Positions 9,668 to 21,133 of a DNA stretch of 64,000 bases are shown piece after piece. Below the pieces are notes generated by a model. It had not been told where the DNA came from. It was given only the letters and a program-made list of their open reading frames with translations, and ran no database searches. The stretch is from Alphaproteobacteria bacterium (GTDB lineage Bacteria > Pseudomonadota > Alphaproteobacteria > JBKEAR01), in the NCBI GenBank assembly GCA_047972425.1, contig JBKEAR010000003.1, positions 166,422 to 230,421 of the forward strand, written 5' to 3'. The position numbers and the translations under genes were made by a program. The stretch's first letter is position 1. Every line of letters starts with the position of its first letter.

Positions 9668-10678
9668 TTATTTTGCATTCATCATAGCAATAGCTGTATC
9701 AGCCATACGGTTAGAGAAGCCCCATTCGTTATCATACCAAGCAACAACATGCACTGTTGTGCCTTCCATAACTTTTGTTTGTGTGGCATCAAAAGTAGAA
9801 GATGCTGGGCAATGGTTGAAGTCGATAGAAACAAGTGGTTCTGTGTTATAATCTAAAACTTGACCCATTTTACCGTCTTCAGAAGCTTTTTTAACAATTT
9901 CGTTAACTTCTTCTACAGTTGTTGGGCGTTTTGCTGTAAATGTAAGGTCAACCATTGATACATTGGGTGTTGGTACACGAACAGCAGCACCATCTAATTT
10001 ACCAGCAAGCTCAGGTAATACTAAACCAACAGCGCGGGCAGCACCAGTTGATGTTGGAATCATGCTTAAGGCAGCAGCGCGCGCACGGCGAAGATCAGAA
10101 TGGTAAGTATCTAATGTTGGTTGGTCACCAGTATAAGCGTGAATAGTTGTCATATAACCATGGTCAATACCAATTGTATCGTTAAGTGCTTTTGCAACAG
10201 GCGATAAGCAGTTTGTTGTACAAGAAGCGTTAGAAACAATACGGTGATTAGCTTCTAATTTGTCATCATTCACGCCGTAAACAACAGTTAAATCAGCACC
10301 AGAAGCAGGGGCAGAAACAAGAACTTTTTTCGCACCGGCATCAAGGTGAAGAGAAGCTTTTTCTTTAGATGTAAAAATACCTGTACATTCAAATACAACA
10401 TCAACATCAAGCTCACCCCAAGGAAGGTCTGCAGGGTTACGTTCGGCATATACTTTAATAACATCATCATTTACAACAATATTATTGTCTTCAACACGAA
10501 CATCAGCCGGGAATTTTCCATGAACACTGTCATGGCGTAATAAATGTGCATTTGTTTCGGCATTACCGAGGTCATTGATTGCAACAACCTGAACATCTTC
10601 ACGACCATTTTCAATAATAGCGCGATAAGTCATACGACCAATACGGCCAAAACCATTAATAGCAACACGAACTGCCAT
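9668..10678 (-). CDS. gap: Glyceraldehyde-3-phosphate dehydrogenase
   Basis: [25 protein letters not shown] active-site motif. 336 aa. Confidence 0.95.
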   Translation of the reverse strand: MAVRVAINGFGRIGRMTYRAIIENGREDVQVVAINDLGNAETNAHLLRHDSVHGKFPADVRVEDNNIVVNDDVIKVYAERNPADLPWGELDVDVVFECTGIFTSKEKASLHLDAGAKKVLVSAPASGADLTVVYGVNDDKLEANHRIVSNASCTTNCLSPVAKALNDTIGIDHGYMTTIHAYTGDQPTLDTYHSDLRRARAAALSMIPTSTGAARAVGLVLPELAGKLDGAAVRVPTPNVSMVDLTFTAKRPTTVEEVNEIVKKASEDGKMGQVLDYNTEPLVSIDFNHCPASSTFDATQTKVMEGTTVHVVAWYDNEWGFSNRMADTAIAMMNAK

Positions 10679-10854
10679 AATTTAATCTCCTAAGTAAATG
10701 AAGTTAACTTTTCTGCGAGGCTAAAGTAAACTCGCCCCAATAAAATACAAATATAAAGTAAACCTAAACTTTGATTGACGCAACAGCCACAAGCAATTAT
10801 TCTAAAAAAATGTTAAATGCCGTATAATTACGCTCTACTTTAAAAGGATTTTGT

Positions 10855-11124
10855 ATGCATAACCCAGATACGATACAAAAAAATTCTGCGAATCAAGATA
10901 ATCTGCATTCGCCAGAAGAAATTGCCAATCGTTTAGAAAGTGCCGTTGATAAATTAATTAATGCACAAAAAGAATATAAACAGGAAATTAATCTTTTGAA
11001 TGGTAAAATAGAAACATTCGAGCAAGAGTTAATCAAAGCCAAAATTTTGCAAGAGAAACTCGAAAAACGCGTTTTTGCTTTAATAGAAAGACTAAGGGGT
11101 CTTGTTGAGAAGGAAGATATATAA
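10855..11124 (+). CDS. DUF4164-type coiled-coil protein (ZapA-associated)
   Basis: 89-aa coiled-coil protein immediately upstream of zapA. The stop codon TAA (11122-11124) abuts the zapA start at 11125, as in alphaproteobacterial zauP-zapA pairs. Confidence 0.5.
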   Translation: MHNPDTIQKNSANQDNLHSPEEIANRLESAVDKLINAQKEYKQEINLLNGKIETFEQELIKAKILQEKLEKRVFALIERLRGLVEKEDI

Positions 11125-11826
11125 ATGGCAACAACAAAGATTCGTATACATGGAACATCTTATCCGATACGCACTGCCGATGGGCAAGAGGAGCATGTGC
11201 AAAAATTAGGGCATCGTTTAAATGAGAATGTATTTAATTTAAGCGAGCGGCTGGCTGGTGCGGATAAAGAATATTTGCTTGTTTTAGCATCTATCATGGT
11301 TCTGGATGAAATGAGTGAGCTAGAGAATACCCCAAAACAAATAGAGCAAGAACTGGATGAATATAAAGATAAGCTTCTTGATACACAGAATCATGTGGAG
11401 GCTTTAAAACTCCAACTCGAAAAATATGATGATGCAGTTATAGAAGAAGAAAAAAAAGCAGCAATTGAAGAAGCACGGCAATTTTTTGCCGATGAACAGG
11501 ATTTAAAATTTAGAGAACAACGGGAATTATACGAAAAACAAATAGACGATCTGAAAAACCAAATTATTGAGAATCAAAAGGGCGAGTCTCGCCCCGGCGA
11601 TCTCGAAGATTTGATTGAAAGCAGTCTGAAAAGGCAAGAACAGCAGTTGGTGGCTCAGTTTGATAGCATATTAAAACAGCAGCAACAAAAATATGAGCAA
11701 GAAATTGAAATATTGAAAAAAAGATTAAAAAACAAAGATAACCAGCAAGAAGAACATTTTAGCCTAGAAGTTGATCCCCTATTTGACCGATTAGAAAATA
11801 TTGCCAAACGGGCAGAAAAAGCATAG
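11125..11826 (+). CDS. zapA: Cell division protein ZapA with long coiled-coil C-terminal extension
   Basis: N-terminal IRIHGTSYPIRTADGQEEHVQKLGHRLNENV fits the ZapA fold. Synteny with downstream ssrS and the 5-FCL gene, as in E. coli zapA-ssrS-ygfA. Confidence 0.75.
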   Translation: MATTKIRIHGTSYPIRTADGQEEHVQKLGHRLNENVFNLSERLAGADKEYLLVLASIMVLDEMSELENTPKQIEQELDEYKDKLLDTQNHVEALKLQLEKYDDAVIEEEKKAAIEEARQFFADEQDLKFREQRELYEKQIDDLKNQIIENQKGESRPGDLEDLIESSLKRQEQQLVAQFDSILKQQQQKYEQEIEILKKRLKNKDNQQEEHFSLEVDPLFDRLENIAKRAEKA

Positions 11827-11834
11827 TATGAGTT

Positions 11835-11995
11835 TAAAGCTGCTACGGGGTACGTTAGCTATTTCTTCCCCGGGCCCTATTATCCACACGGGAGCTGTCA
11901 CTGTGAGAATCGTGGTTCTTTTATACGGCACCCACCTGCACATAATGCAGGCCAGGTGGTAAAGGAAATCGACGGCTTCCGTGGCAGCGAAAGTT
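11835..11995 (+). ncRNA. ssrS: 6S RNA (SsrS)
   Basis: About 160-nt non-coding gap between zapA and 5-formyltetrahydrofolate cyclo-ligase, the conserved ssrS locus. The terminal segments GCTGCTACGG and CCGTGGCAGC are complementary and form the closing stem. The interior is GC-rich compared with its surroundings. Confidence 0.65.
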
Positions 11996-12002
11996 TATAA
12001 AT

Positions 12003-12563
12003 ATGGATATTCAACTTCAAAAAAATCAAATTCGCCAAAAACTCCGCCAAAAGCGCCGTCAATTTGAGCCTAAAGATGTAGCTAATCAAAAAATCACCGA
12101 AAATTTAGCTTATTTTATCGCACAGCAAATGAAGCCGATAAAGCATATTGGTTTATATTACCCAATGGCAAGCGAGGTTTCGTTATTAGATTTTTCTAAA
12201 AAATACGCCACCCAATATTCATTTTATCTGCCTAAAGTGGTGGCCGGTGATATTATCTTTAGCCATTGGGATCAGCAATCCACATTAACCCCCGATGAAC
12301 TTGGTATTTTAGCACCATCTTCACAAACATCTTTTGTGCCAACGCTTATTTGTGTTCCTTTATTGGGCTTTACTGCGCAAAGACAACGTATTGGCCAAGG
12401 CGCGGGTTATTACGATCGTTATATTGCCCATGTAAAATCTCAAAGCAATATTCAACCCATTTATTTAGGTGTTGCATTTGAGTGCCAAAAGTTGAATGAT
12501 TTACCCATTGAAAACCATGATCAAAAACTCGATTATATATTAACCGAAAGCAACATATATTAA
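12003..12563 (+). CDS. ygfA: 5-formyltetrahydrofolate cyclo-ligase
   Basis: GQGAGYYDRYIA motif and size (186 aa) typical of 5-FCL. Confidence 0.8.
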   Translation: MDIQLQKNQIRQKLRQKRRQFEPKDVANQKITENLAYFIAQQMKPIKHIGLYYPMASEVSLLDFSKKYATQYSFYLPKVVAGDIIFSHWDQQSTLTPDELGILAPSSQTSFVPTLICVPLLGFTAQRQRIGQGAGYYDRYIAHVKSQSNIQPIYLGVAFECQKLNDLPIENHDQKLDYILTESNIY

Positions 12564-12577
12564 CGAAAGAACAAACA

Positions 12578-13408
12578 TTGCGTATTTTATTTATTGGCGA
12601 TATTTTCGCTAAACCCGGCCGGAATATTGTTACAGAAAATCTGCCAAAGCTCATTGATGATTATCATATTCATTTTGTTGTTGCCAATGCCGAAAATTCG
12701 GCACATGGCTTTGGTATGACTCATAAAATTGTTAAAAATCTATTTCGGGTTGGGGTAGATATCATCACATCGGGTAATCATGCTTTTGATAATGTAGATA
12801 TCAATAATTGGCTCGATGATGAACCCCGTGTATTGCGCCCTTATAACTGGACAATGCCGCATTTAATGGGGCGCGGCGTTACGGTTATAAAAAAAGATAA
12901 TATAAGCCTTATGGTGGCGAATATCGCTTGCCGTGTATTTATGAAGGAAGAAGCATCGGATCCATTTTCAGCTGTAGATGAAATTATCGAAAAACATCCA
13001 CTAGATAGTGTAACAGCAAGTTTTTTTGATGTTCATGGCGAAACAACATCGGAAAAACAAGCTTTGGGGCATTATGTCGATGGTAGGGCATCTATGTTGG
13101 TGGGTACCCATGTGCATATCCCAACGGCGGATACCCGTGTTTTAGCCCGTGGTACGGCTTATCAGACCGATGCCGGCATGTGCGGCATTTACAATTCTGT
13201 AATTGGCGTAAATAAAGCGGCCTCGATTAATCGCATGCGTGCCACAGAACCCCGAATACGCTTTACCCCCGAAGAAGATGGTGAGGCAACATTTTGTGGT
13301 GTATTGGCCGATATTAATGAAAATACAGGTTTAGCACAGCAGGTTGCCCCCATTCGGATTGGTGGGGATTTACCTTCGTTTATCCCCAATTGGGCAAAAA
13401 TAACTTGA
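12578..13408 (+). CDS. YmdB-like metallophosphoesterase (TIGR00282 family)
   Basis: MRILFIGDIFAKPGR...GNHAFD...DVHGETTSEKQA...GTHVHIPTAD calcineurin-like motifs. TTG start at 12578. Confidence 0.7.
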   Translation: MRILFIGDIFAKPGRNIVTENLPKLIDDYHIHFVVANAENSAHGFGMTHKIVKNLFRVGVDIITSGNHAFDNVDINNWLDDEPRVLRPYNWTMPHLMGRGVTVIKKDNISLMVANIACRVFMKEEASDPFSAVDEIIEKHPLDSVTASFFDVHGETTSEKQALGHYVDGRASMLVGTHVHIPTADTRVLARGTAYQTDAGMCGIYNSVIGVNKAASINRMRATEPRIRFTPEEDGEATFCGVLADINENTGLAQQVAPIRIGGDLPSFIPNWAKIT

Positions 13409-13462
13409 GAAATAACCAAAAATATAGATAATTAGCCCAAAGAAAAATATACGGAGTTTATA

Positions 13463-14209
13463 ATGGCAGGCCATTCCAAGTTTAAAAATATTATGCATCG
13501 TAAGGGTGCGCAAGATGCAAAACGTGCAAAAATTTTTACAAAACATCAGCGGGAAATCACCGTTTCGGTTAAAGAAAGCGGGGCTGACCCCGATATGAAC
13601 CCAAGGCTCAGAAGTGCAATTATTGCGGCTAAAGCCGATAATATGCCTAAAGATAATATTGAACGTGCTATTGCCAAAGCTGCCGGTGGTGGCGATGGTG
13701 AAACCTATAGCGAGATTCGTTACGAGGGTTATGCACCGGGTGGCATTGCTGTTATTGTGGATGTTTTAACCGATAATAAAAACCGCTCCGCTTCAGAGGT
13801 TCGGAGTGCATTTTCTAAAGCGGGTGGTAATTTGGGCGAAACAGGCTCGGTTAATTTTATGTTCGAGCGTGTAGGCGTAATTACATATCCGGCTGAGGCT
13901 GGCGATCATGATGCAATGTTCGAGGCTGGCATAGAAGCGGGTGCCAACGATGTTGTTACCGATGAAGAACATGAATTTTTATCTGACCCTAATGACTTTG
14001 CGGCGGTTCGTGATGCTTTAATTGAGCAACTGGGTGATCCCAAAGCGGCTAATTTAGAATGGCGTGCGGTAACAACAACCGATGTTGATGCTGAGCTTGC
14101 CCCTAAAGTATTACGCTTAATTGATGCATTAGAAGATAATGATGATGTTCAGCATGTTTGGACGAATATGGAAATATCCGATGAAGTCCTTGCTGCGTTA
14201 GATATGTAA
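13463..14209 (+). CDS. yebC: YebC/PmpR family DNA-binding transcriptional regulator
   Basis: [27 protein letters not shown] is the canonical YebC N-terminus. Confidence 0.9.
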   Translation: MAGHSKFKNIMHRKGAQDAKRAKIFTKHQREITVSVKESGADPDMNPRLRSAIIAAKADNMPKDNIERAIAKAAGGGDGETYSEIRYEGYAPGGIAVIVDVLTDNKNRSASEVRSAFSKAGGNLGETGSVNFMFERVGVITYPAEAGDHDAMFEAGIEAGANDVVTDEEHEFLSDPNDFAAVRDALIEQLGDPKAANLEWRAVTTTDVDAELAPKVLRLIDALEDNDDVQHVWTNMEISDEVLAALDM

Positions 14210-14219
14210 GCAGAGGCCA

Positions 14220-14705
14220 ATGTATATTCTTGGTTTAGACCCCGGCCTTCGCAAAACAGGCTGGGGTATTATTTCTTATGGGCAAGGTGGCGTGTTAAAA
14301 CATATCGCCAATGGCACTATTCGCCCACCTTCAGAGGGGAGCTTGGGTGCACGCTTAGCACAGCTCCATGATGATATTGAAGAAGTTATCAAACAATATG
14401 CCCCCGCAACAGGTGCGGTAGAAGAAACCTTTGTAAACCAAAACCCCAAAACCACATTACTTCTTGGTCAAGCGCGTGGTGTGGTGCTAATGACCATTGC
14501 AGTCAATAATATTCCGCTTAGCGAATATTCACCCAATAAAATAAAAAAAACCGTTGTTGGCTCTGGCCATGCGGGTAAAGCACAGATGATGGCCATGGTA
14601 AAAATGCTTCTGCCGGGGGTGGAGTTTGATAGCGAAGATGCTGCCGATGCCTTGGCTATTGCTATCTGCCATGCACAGCATTACACTTTATGGAACCAAT
14701 CATAG
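14220..14705 (+). CDS. ruvC: Holliday junction resolvase RuvC
   Basis: ILGLDPGLRKTGWGII start and EETFVNQNPKTTLLLGQARGV. Confidence 0.9.
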   Translation: MYILGLDPGLRKTGWGIISYGQGGVLKHIANGTIRPPSEGSLGARLAQLHDDIEEVIKQYAPATGAVEETFVNQNPKTTLLLGQARGVVLMTIAVNNIPLSEYSPNKIKKTVVGSGHAGKAQMMAMVKMLLPGVEFDSEDAADALAIAICHAQHYTLWNQS

Positions 14706-14808
14706 GCATAAATAATCAAATATAGTTCGCATTCGAAGTCTATTTTTTATTTACATATTTAAGCAGATTGAATAGAATGTTCTTGTTTTGTTTTATAGGG
14801 ATTATTAA

Positions 14809-15441
14809 ATGATTGGATTACTCAGAGGCACAGTTGCGCATCTTGGCGATGATAATGTAATTATCGATTGTAACGGAGTAGGCTATCTGGTTTATGTAAC
14901 CAACCATTTGCTCCAAAATTTATATTTGGATGAAGCGACAGAACTATGGATAGAAACCCGTGTACGCGAAAGTGATATTACCCTTTATGGCTTTGCAAAT
15001 GAAACAGAAAAATTATGGTTTAACCTTGTAACATCGGTACAAGGTGTGGGTGCAAAAGGGGGTTTATCTATTCTTTCGGTACTAAACCATGAAGAATTGC
15101 TGTTTGCAATATCAGGCGGTGATAAAGCAGCGATTACCCGTGCCAATGGTATTGGCCCTAAAATTGCAGCACGTATCATTGCCGAGCTTAAAGACAAGGC
15201 GGGCTCTATTGTAATGAATAGCGGAAATATTGCCATCACTCCTAAAAAAGCAGGGGGTGTTATGCCTACGCAATCGGGGGGGAATATGGGCTTGGTACAA
15301 GAGGTCGCATCGGCCTTAACCAATTTGGGGTATAGCCCATCTGATGCTGCAAGGGTATCGGCTAAGCTCATGCAATCGGCCGATGAAAACGCAACGGTAG
15401 AAAGCTTAATTCCGCTAGCCTTAAAAGAGTTGAGTAGTTAA
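14809..15441 (+). CDS. ruvA: Holliday junction branch migration protein RuvA
   Basis: MIGLLRGTV...CNGVGYLV and the HhH motifs [13 protein letters not shown] and [11 protein letters not shown]. Confidence 0.9.
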   Translation: MIGLLRGTVAHLGDDNVIIDCNGVGYLVYVTNHLLQNLYLDEATELWIETRVRESDITLYGFANETEKLWFNLVTSVQGVGAKGGLSILSVLNHEELLFAISGGDKAAITRANGIGPKIAARIIAELKDKAGSIVMNSGNIAITPKKAGGVMPTQSGGNMGLVQEVASALTNLGYSPSDAARVSAKLMQSADENATVESLIPLALKELSS

Positions 15442-15443
15442 TA

Positions 15444-16514
15444 TTGAGTATGGAAAATAAAAATCCGGTATTAAATGCCGCCCAACAAATTGGCGAAAAT
15501 GTTGATGATAATGCTTTACGCCCCAAAAGCTTAGACGACTTTATTGGGCAAAAAAAACTACGGGAAAATTTAAAGATATTTGTGCAAGCCGCCCGAACCC
15601 GAGCGGATGCAATGGATCATGTATTATTTTATGGCCCGCCCGGTTTGGGTAAAACCACATTATCGCAAATTGTGGCTTTAGAGCTTGGTGTGGGTTTTCG
15701 TTCGACATCGGGACCAATTATTAGTAAAGCTGGTGATTTAGCAGCAATTTTAACCAATTTACAACCGCGCGATGTTTTGTTTATCGATGAAATTCATCGG
15801 CTGAACCCAGCTGTTGAGGAAGTTTTATATCCGGCAATGGAGGATTTTCAGCTTGATATCATGATTGGCGAAGGCCCTGCGGCGCGCTCGGTCAAAATAG
15901 ATTTACCACCTTTTACTTTGGTTGGCGCAACAACACGCTCTGGGCTGATTACAACGCCATTACGTGCCAGATTCGGTATTCCGTTTCAGTTACAATTTTA
16001 TGAACCCGAAGAGCTGATGCAGATTATTTTACGCAATGCTGCAAAATTAGGGTTAGATTTAACGGGCGATGGAGCCGAAGAAATTGCGCGCCGCTCCCGT
16101 GGTACGCCCCGAATAGCCGGGCGCTTATTGCGCCGTGTACGCGATATTGCCCTAGTTGCGGGTAAAAATAAGGTGGATCGCATTGCTGCCGATGCCGCAT
16201 TACAACGTTTAGATGTTGATCATTTGGGCTTAGATATGATGGATCGCAAATATTTAACTGTAATTGCCAAACATTATAATGGGGGGCCTGCGGGTATAGA
16301 AACAATAGCCGCTGCACTTTCGGAGCAACGCGATACATTAGATGAAGTTGTTGAGCCATATTTGATACAGCAAGGGTTGCTTATGCGCACACCGCGTGGG
16401 CGGGTATTAACTCAAGCTGCATGGAAACATTTGGGGTTGGCCATGCCAAAATCTGTAATGCAACCCATATTTGACCAATTTGATTTATTGGGAGAAGATG
16501 CGGATGAAACTTGA
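15444..16514 (+). CDS. ruvB: Holliday junction DNA helicase RuvB
   Basis: Walker [33 protein letters not shown]. Confidence 0.95.
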   Translation: MSMENKNPVLNAAQQIGENVDDNALRPKSLDDFIGQKKLRENLKIFVQAARTRADAMDHVLFYGPPGLGKTTLSQIVALELGVGFRSTSGPIISKAGDLAAILTNLQPRDVLFIDEIHRLNPAVEEVLYPAMEDFQLDIMIGEGPAARSVKIDLPPFTLVGATTRSGLITTPLRARFGIPFQLQFYEPEELMQIILRNAAKLGLDLTGDGAEEIARRSRGTPRIAGRLLRRVRDIALVAGKNKVDRIAADAALQRLDVDHLGLDMMDRKYLTVIAKHYNGGPAGIETIAAALSEQRDTLDEVVEPYLIQQGLLMRTPRGRVLTQAAWKHLGLAMPKSVMQPIFDQFDLLGEDADET

Positions 16515-16938
16515 TGGATATTTTAAAGATAAAACCCATTATTATGATGCCCGTGTGCATTATGCTGATAGTGATGCCGGCGGGGTGGTTTATCATAGCC
16601 GTTACCTCGACTTCTGTGAGCGTGCAAGGGCGGGGGTACTCTATTTAATTGATGTGCCCGAAATTATTGTTACCGATGTTGAAACATATTTTTGGGTGGT
16701 GCGTAAAGCAACAATTGATTATAAAGCACCGGCCAAAGTGGGCGATACAATTACTATTGAAACAAAATTTGTAAAATTGGGTGGCGCAAGCTTAGATGTA
16801 AGCCATCAGATAAAAAAAGCTAAACAAATTTTGGTGAATATTCAATTAACTTTGGCTTTGGTGAGTGAAAAAGGGCGGCCACAAAAAATAATGCCCGAAA
16901 TCCGCCATAAAATGATGCCATATATACAAAACCAATAA
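16504..16938 (+). CDS. ybgC: Tol-Pal-associated acyl-CoA thioesterase YbgC
   Basis: Hotdog-fold 4HBT-like thioesterase ([25 protein letters not shown]) directly upstream of tolQ. GGAGAAG SD precedes the ATG at 16504. The ORF is open from 16471. Confidence 0.8.
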   Translation: MKLDGYFKDKTHYYDARVHYADSDAGGVVYHSRYLDFCERARAGVLYLIDVPEIIVTDVETYFWVVRKATIDYKAPAKVGDTITIETKFVKLGGASLDVSHQIKKAKQILVNIQLTLALVSEKGRPQKIMPEIRHKMMPYIQNQ

Positions 16939-16970
16939 ATTAGAGCCAATGAATTAAGGAAAGCATAAAT

Positions 16971-17693
16971 ATGGAAAATATTATTCCTTGGCAATCGGTT
17001 AAAGACCCGGTTGTAATTATTATTATATTAGGTTTATTAAGTGCCAGTATTTGGTGTTGGGCGATTATTTTCGAAAAAACCATCACTTTGCGCCGCTTAA
17101 ATCGCCGTGCCAAAAAATTTGATGAAGCATTTTGGTCCGGCCAACCATTAGATAAATTATATGAGCAAATTGAAGGTCAGCCGAAGGATCCGATGTCGAG
17201 TGTATTTTATTCGGCCATGCGCGAATGGCGCCGTGCCGAGGGGATTGGTTCGGCCGAAACCGAAACAGGCGAGCAAAGCTTGCGCATGCGCATAGAGCGG
17301 GTGATGAATATTACCATTGATCGCGAAATGGAACGCCTTAATAAATTTATGACTGTTTTGGCAACAACAGCCTCCACAGCACCATTTGTGGGCTTATTTG
17401 GTACGGTTTGGGGTATTATGAATAGCTTTCATGAAATCAGCTCGGCAAGCTCTGCGAGTTTGCAAACAGTTGCGGGCCCAATTTCGGAAGCTTTATTTGC
17501 TACAGCTATCGGTTTATTTGCCGCGATTCCAGCTGTGATTGGTTATAATAAAATTAGTCGTGATATTGATCGTTATGCTTTACGTTTAGATACATTTGCG
17601 GGTGAATTTTCAGCAATTATCTCTCGCCGTTTATCAGAGCGTAAAACTAAAAAAGTTACGCAACAACCGCAACAACAAAATCAGGGATATTAA
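16971..17693 (+). CDS. tolQ: Tol-Pal system protein TolQ
   Basis: MotA/TolQ/ExbB proton-channel family with three TM segments and a [13 protein letters not shown] motif. Confidence 0.9.
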   Translation: MENIIPWQSVKDPVVIIIILGLLSASIWCWAIIFEKTITLRRLNRRAKKFDEAFWSGQPLDKLYEQIEGQPKDPMSSVFYSAMREWRRAEGIGSAETETGEQSLRMRIERVMNITIDREMERLNKFMTVLATTASTAPFVGLFGTVWGIMNSFHEISSASSASLQTVAGPISEALFATAIGLFAAIPAVIGYNKISRDIDRYALRLDTFAGEFSAIISRRLSERKTKKVTQQPQQQNQGY

Positions 17694-17695
17694 TT

Positions 17696-18160
17696 ATGGC
17701 AGCATCGTTAGGTTCAGAGCCCGGCCGTGCCCGCGGTGGCCGTAACCGCCGCCGCCCAATGAGCGAAATTAATGTTACGCCCTTTGTGGATGTAATGTTG
17801 GTTTTGCTGATTATTTTCATGGTGGCTGCTCCTTTGATGAATTCGGGGGTAGAGGTCAATTTACCCAAAACAGTTGCGGGCGAAATTACGCCATCGGATG
17901 ATCAGCCGGTAAATATTACAATTCAACAAGATGGTAAAATATTTTTATCAGAAGAAGAAACGACTCTGGCGGAATTAACAGCAAAAATTGAAGCTGTTAA
18001 AGGAGCAAATAAAGATGTGCGCATTTTGATTCGTGGTGATGAAAATGTCGATTATGGCTCGGTGATGGAAGTTATTTCCATATTAAATAAAGCGGGCTAT
18101 TCTAAAATTGGCATGCTTACACGCCCGGCATCAATCGAAGTTACCGAAGCTACTCAATAA
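17696..18160 (+). CDS. tolR: Tol-Pal system protein TolR
   Basis: [22 protein letters not shown] (ExbD/TolR) preceded by a Gly/Arg-rich N-terminal extension, as is common in Rhizobiales TolR. Confidence 0.85.
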   Translation: MAASLGSEPGRARGGRNRRRPMSEINVTPFVDVMLVLLIIFMVAAPLMNSGVEVNLPKTVAGEITPSDDQPVNITIQQDGKIFLSEEETTLAELTAKIEAVKGANKDVRILIRGDENVDYGSVMEVISILNKAGYSKIGMLTRPASIEVTEATQ

Positions 18161-18174
18161 TTTAAGGTTTGTCG

Positions 18175-19170
18175 ATGTCTCCCATCTTAAAAAAATCGCT
18201 TATTGCATCTGCGCTTTTACATGTTTTTGTCATTTTTGGCAGTTCATTAGGTATTGGTGTGTTATTTGCTTGGCTACTCAATTTGTTTGGAATTGATATT
18301 CAAAAGCATGAGGATAAAATAGATGTGCCTGTGGTGAATATATCGGTTGTTGAGATTAGCGATGTAACCAATATTCCGGTTGTGGGAGATAACGGTACAA
18401 ATGCAGATACCCCCCAAGAAGAACCCCAACCACTAGAACAACAGCCCGAAGAAGTTGTAGCGAAGCCTGCAGAAAATATTGCTGAGGATGTTGTGGAAGA
18501 AAATGTGGGCGATGAAACCGCCCCTACAGAAGCTGTTGACGATGCTGGTTCTAACTTTACACAAAATGAGACTGCCGATGCTTTATCGGAAGAAGTAATG
18601 ACGATTGTTGAAGAGGTTAAAGATAAACCAGCCCCTGAAGAGCAACCTAAAGAAGAAACAAAACCTACCGAGCAATATAAATGGGATGTTCCGATTAGCG
18701 AAGTTGTTGTCCAAAATCGGCCGGCTGAGTTTAAAAACTTAGCTAATAGAGAGGAAGCTGCACCCCAAGCGCAAACAACCCAAACCGAAACAACACCACC
18801 TGCAGAAGCCCAAGGTGAAGTTGGTCCTAATTTAGATGATTTACTTAATAATGAGGTTGCAAATTCTACTAGCGGTGCGGCCACGGCTACATTAATATCG
18901 GTTATTAAAGGGCAGTTAGGTGCCTGTTATTCGCCACCGGTAAGTTACCCAACAGGGCGTGATTATACAATTTTAATTCGGGTAGTATTTTCGGCAGATG
19001 GTCGCATTGTAAATTCTCAATATGCACCGGGTTATGTACCGCAAGATGATATTGAGCGCGCCCGTGCCGATGCAGCATTAAGGGCAACAAGAAATAGTAA
19101 TTGTAACCAAATCAATTTACCAAACGGAAGTATAGAAGATGGTTATAGTATCGATTTACCTTTTAAATAA
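18175..19170 (+). CDS. tolA: Tol-Pal system protein TolA (Pro/Glu-rich)
   Basis: N-terminal TM anchor. Long acidic, Pro/Glu/Ala-rich low-complexity linker. Position between tolR and tolB. Possible TTG start at 18169. Confidence 0.7.
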   Translation: MSPILKKSLIASALLHVFVIFGSSLGIGVLFAWLLNLFGIDIQKHEDKIDVPVVNISVVEISDVTNIPVVGDNGTNADTPQEEPQPLEQQPEEVVAKPAENIAEDVVEENVGDETAPTEAVDDAGSNFTQNETADALSEEVMTIVEEVKDKPAPEEQPKEETKPTEQYKWDVPISEVVVQNRPAEFKNLANREEAAPQAQTTQTETTPPAEAQGEVGPNLDDLLNNEVANSTSGAATATLISVIKGQLGACYSPPVSYPTGRDYTILIRVVFSADGRIVNSQYAPGYVPQDDIERARADAALRATRNSNCNQINLPNGSIEDGYSIDLPFK

Positions 19171-19273
19171 TAAAGGGTATATATAAATTATTTGGCATAT
19201 ACACTATTTTATCCGAAATTATGCCATATTTATAGCTTATCTATTATTAAAATTTTAAATAAAGGTATATTTT

Positions 19274-20581
19274 ATGGTTTTTATGATTAAAAGATTTATA
19301 GCTATTTTTACCATATTTTTATCTGTATCGGCATGGGCTGAAACAAGCGTAGATGGCGCAATTTCAAGTACAACAGGGCCGCAATCGCAACCAATTGCTA
19401 TCCCTACACTTGAGGATAATACGGGTAAATATGGCGAGCAAATCACACAGGTTTTGGCCGATGACTTAACACGATTCGGTTTGTTTAAGCTTGTGGATAA
19501 AAATGCCTATATTGATAATAGCCAGTTTTCGGAGCGTCCAAATTTTGGTGATTGGCGTGCGATTAACGCCCCATTTTTGGTTAAAGGCCAAGTGATTGAA
19601 AATGGAAACCAAATAACGGTGCAATATCGCCTATGGGATGTTTTTCAGGAAAAACAAAAAATTGGTTTAGAACATACGGCAACAGCCTCGGCTTGGCGTA
19701 AAATTGCCCATACCATGGCCGATGCTATTTATAAAGAGGTTATTGGTGAAGATGGCTATTTTAACTCGCGCATTGTTTATATTGCTGAGAGCGGGCCTGA
19801 AGAAAATTTACAACGCCGGCTTTCTATTATGGATCAGGACGGTGCCAACCATGCTTATTTAACCGATGGTAGCTCTTTGGTGTTAACTCCCCGGTTTTCC
19901 CCAGCTTTACAAGAGATTACTTATATCTCTTATGAATCGGGCGTGCCCAAAGTGTATTTGCTTGATATTGCAACAGGTCGGCGGGAAGTGTTGGGTTCTT
20001 TTGAGGGCATGACTTTTGCCCCACGTTTTTCACCCGATGGTAATGAGGTTGTGATGAGCCAATCGGTTGAAGGCGAAACCAATATTTTTAAAATCAATTT
20101 ACGTTCTGGCCAAAAAACACAACTTACTCAAGGTAATGCTATTGATACGGCACCAAGCTATTCGCCCGATGGTTCACAAATTGTTTTTGAATCTGACCGC
20201 GATGGTTCTCAGCAGCTTTATATTATGGATGCCAATGGAGAGAATATCCGCCGTCTTTCGCAAGGTAAGGGGCGCTATGCCACACCCGTATGGTCTCCGA
20301 GGGGGGATCTGATAGCCTATACGCGTATTTACGGCGGAAAATTTTATATTGGGGTTATCCAGCCCGATGGCGAGAATGACCGGCTTTTAACCAAAGATTA
20401 TTTGGTCGAGGGCCCAACATGGTCGCCCAATGGTCGGATTATTGCCTTTACCCGCCAAAGTGCAAACCAAGCCCCACGAAAATTATATGCAATCGATATT
20501 ACAGGCTTTTTCGAAAGAGAAATTGCAACGCCAGTGAATGCATCTGATCCGGCTTGGTCTTCCAATTCGGTCGCTTACTAA
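19274..20581 (+). CDS. tolB: Tol-Pal system beta-propeller protein TolB
   Basis: Signal peptide plus repeated PxFSPDG/SxDG beta-propeller blades (PRFSPDGNEVV, PSYSPDGSQIVF, PTWSPNGRIIAF). Confidence 0.9.
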   Translation: MVFMIKRFIAIFTIFLSVSAWAETSVDGAISSTTGPQSQPIAIPTLEDNTGKYGEQITQVLADDLTRFGLFKLVDKNAYIDNSQFSERPNFGDWRAINAPFLVKGQVIENGNQITVQYRLWDVFQEKQKIGLEHTATASAWRKIAHTMADAIYKEVIGEDGYFNSRIVYIAESGPEENLQRRLSIMDQDGANHAYLTDGSSLVLTPRFSPALQEITYISYESGVPKVYLLDIATGRREVLGSFEGMTFAPRFSPDGNEVVMSQSVEGETNIFKINLRSGQKTQLTQGNAIDTAPSYSPDGSQIVFESDRDGSQQLYIMDANGENIRRLSQGKGRYATPVWSPRGDLIAYTRIYGGKFYIGVIQPDGENDRLLTKDYLVEGPTWSPNGRIIAFTRQSANQAPRKLYAIDITGFFEREIATPVNASDPAWSSNSVAY

Positions 20582-20638
20582 TACAATTTTAACATTAATG
20601 ATTTAATATAAGAGAAAATTCAAACGGAGATTTTTGAG

Positions 20639-21109
20639 ATGATCAAAAAAATAGCAGTTGCTGCCATTGCTTTAACAGCCCTTGCAGCATGTAGTAAAAA
20701 TGATACCATAAACGGAACAGGTGGTGTGGGTGCTTATGGCAATGCAACACCCGGCTCAGCCCAAGATTTTGTTCAAAATGTTGGCGACCGTGTATTCTTT
20801 GCCCTTAATAGCTCAAGCGTTAATGCACAAGGCCGCGAAACTTTACAAAAACAAGCCCAATGGCTTAAATTATACCCAAAAGTTTCTGTAACGGTAGAAG
20901 GCCATTCGGACGAGCGCGGAACACGCGAATATAATATTGCCTTAGGTGCGCGCCGTGCCCAAGCAGCAAAAGATGTACTTATTCAAAATGGTGTTGCATC
21001 TAGCCGCATTAAAACAGTTTCTTATGGTAAAGAGCGCCCAATTAAATTAGGTGAAACTGAAAATGCATGGTCACTTAACCGTCGGGCAGTAACCGTACCA
21101 AGTTTATAA
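20639..21109 (+). CDS. pal: Peptidoglycan-associated lipoprotein Pal
   Basis: Lipobox LAACS. OmpA-like C-terminal domain (VEGHSDERGTREYNIALGARRAQAAKDVL). Confidence 0.9.
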   Translation: MIKKIAVAAIALTALAACSKNDTINGTGGVGAYGNATPGSAQDFVQNVGDRVFFALNSSSVNAQGRETLQKQAQWLKLYPKVSVTVEGHSDERGTREYNIALGARRAQAAKDVLIQNGVASSRIKTVSYGKERPIKLGETENAWSLNRRAVTVPSL

Positions 21110-21133
21110 GTTAAAAAAGGGGGCTGAGATTTT

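Noticed and set aside
11877-11886. DnaA-box-like TTATCCACA
   Set aside because: It lies inside the predicted 6S RNA and is a single copy. Most likely coincidental.
18300-18884. 194-aa minus-strand ORF rich in Ser/Thr/Gly inside tolA
   Set aside because: It is antisense to the Pro/Glu/Ala-rich low-complexity linker of tolA. Such GA-rich repeats generate long spurious ORFs on the opposite strand. It has no SD or homology.
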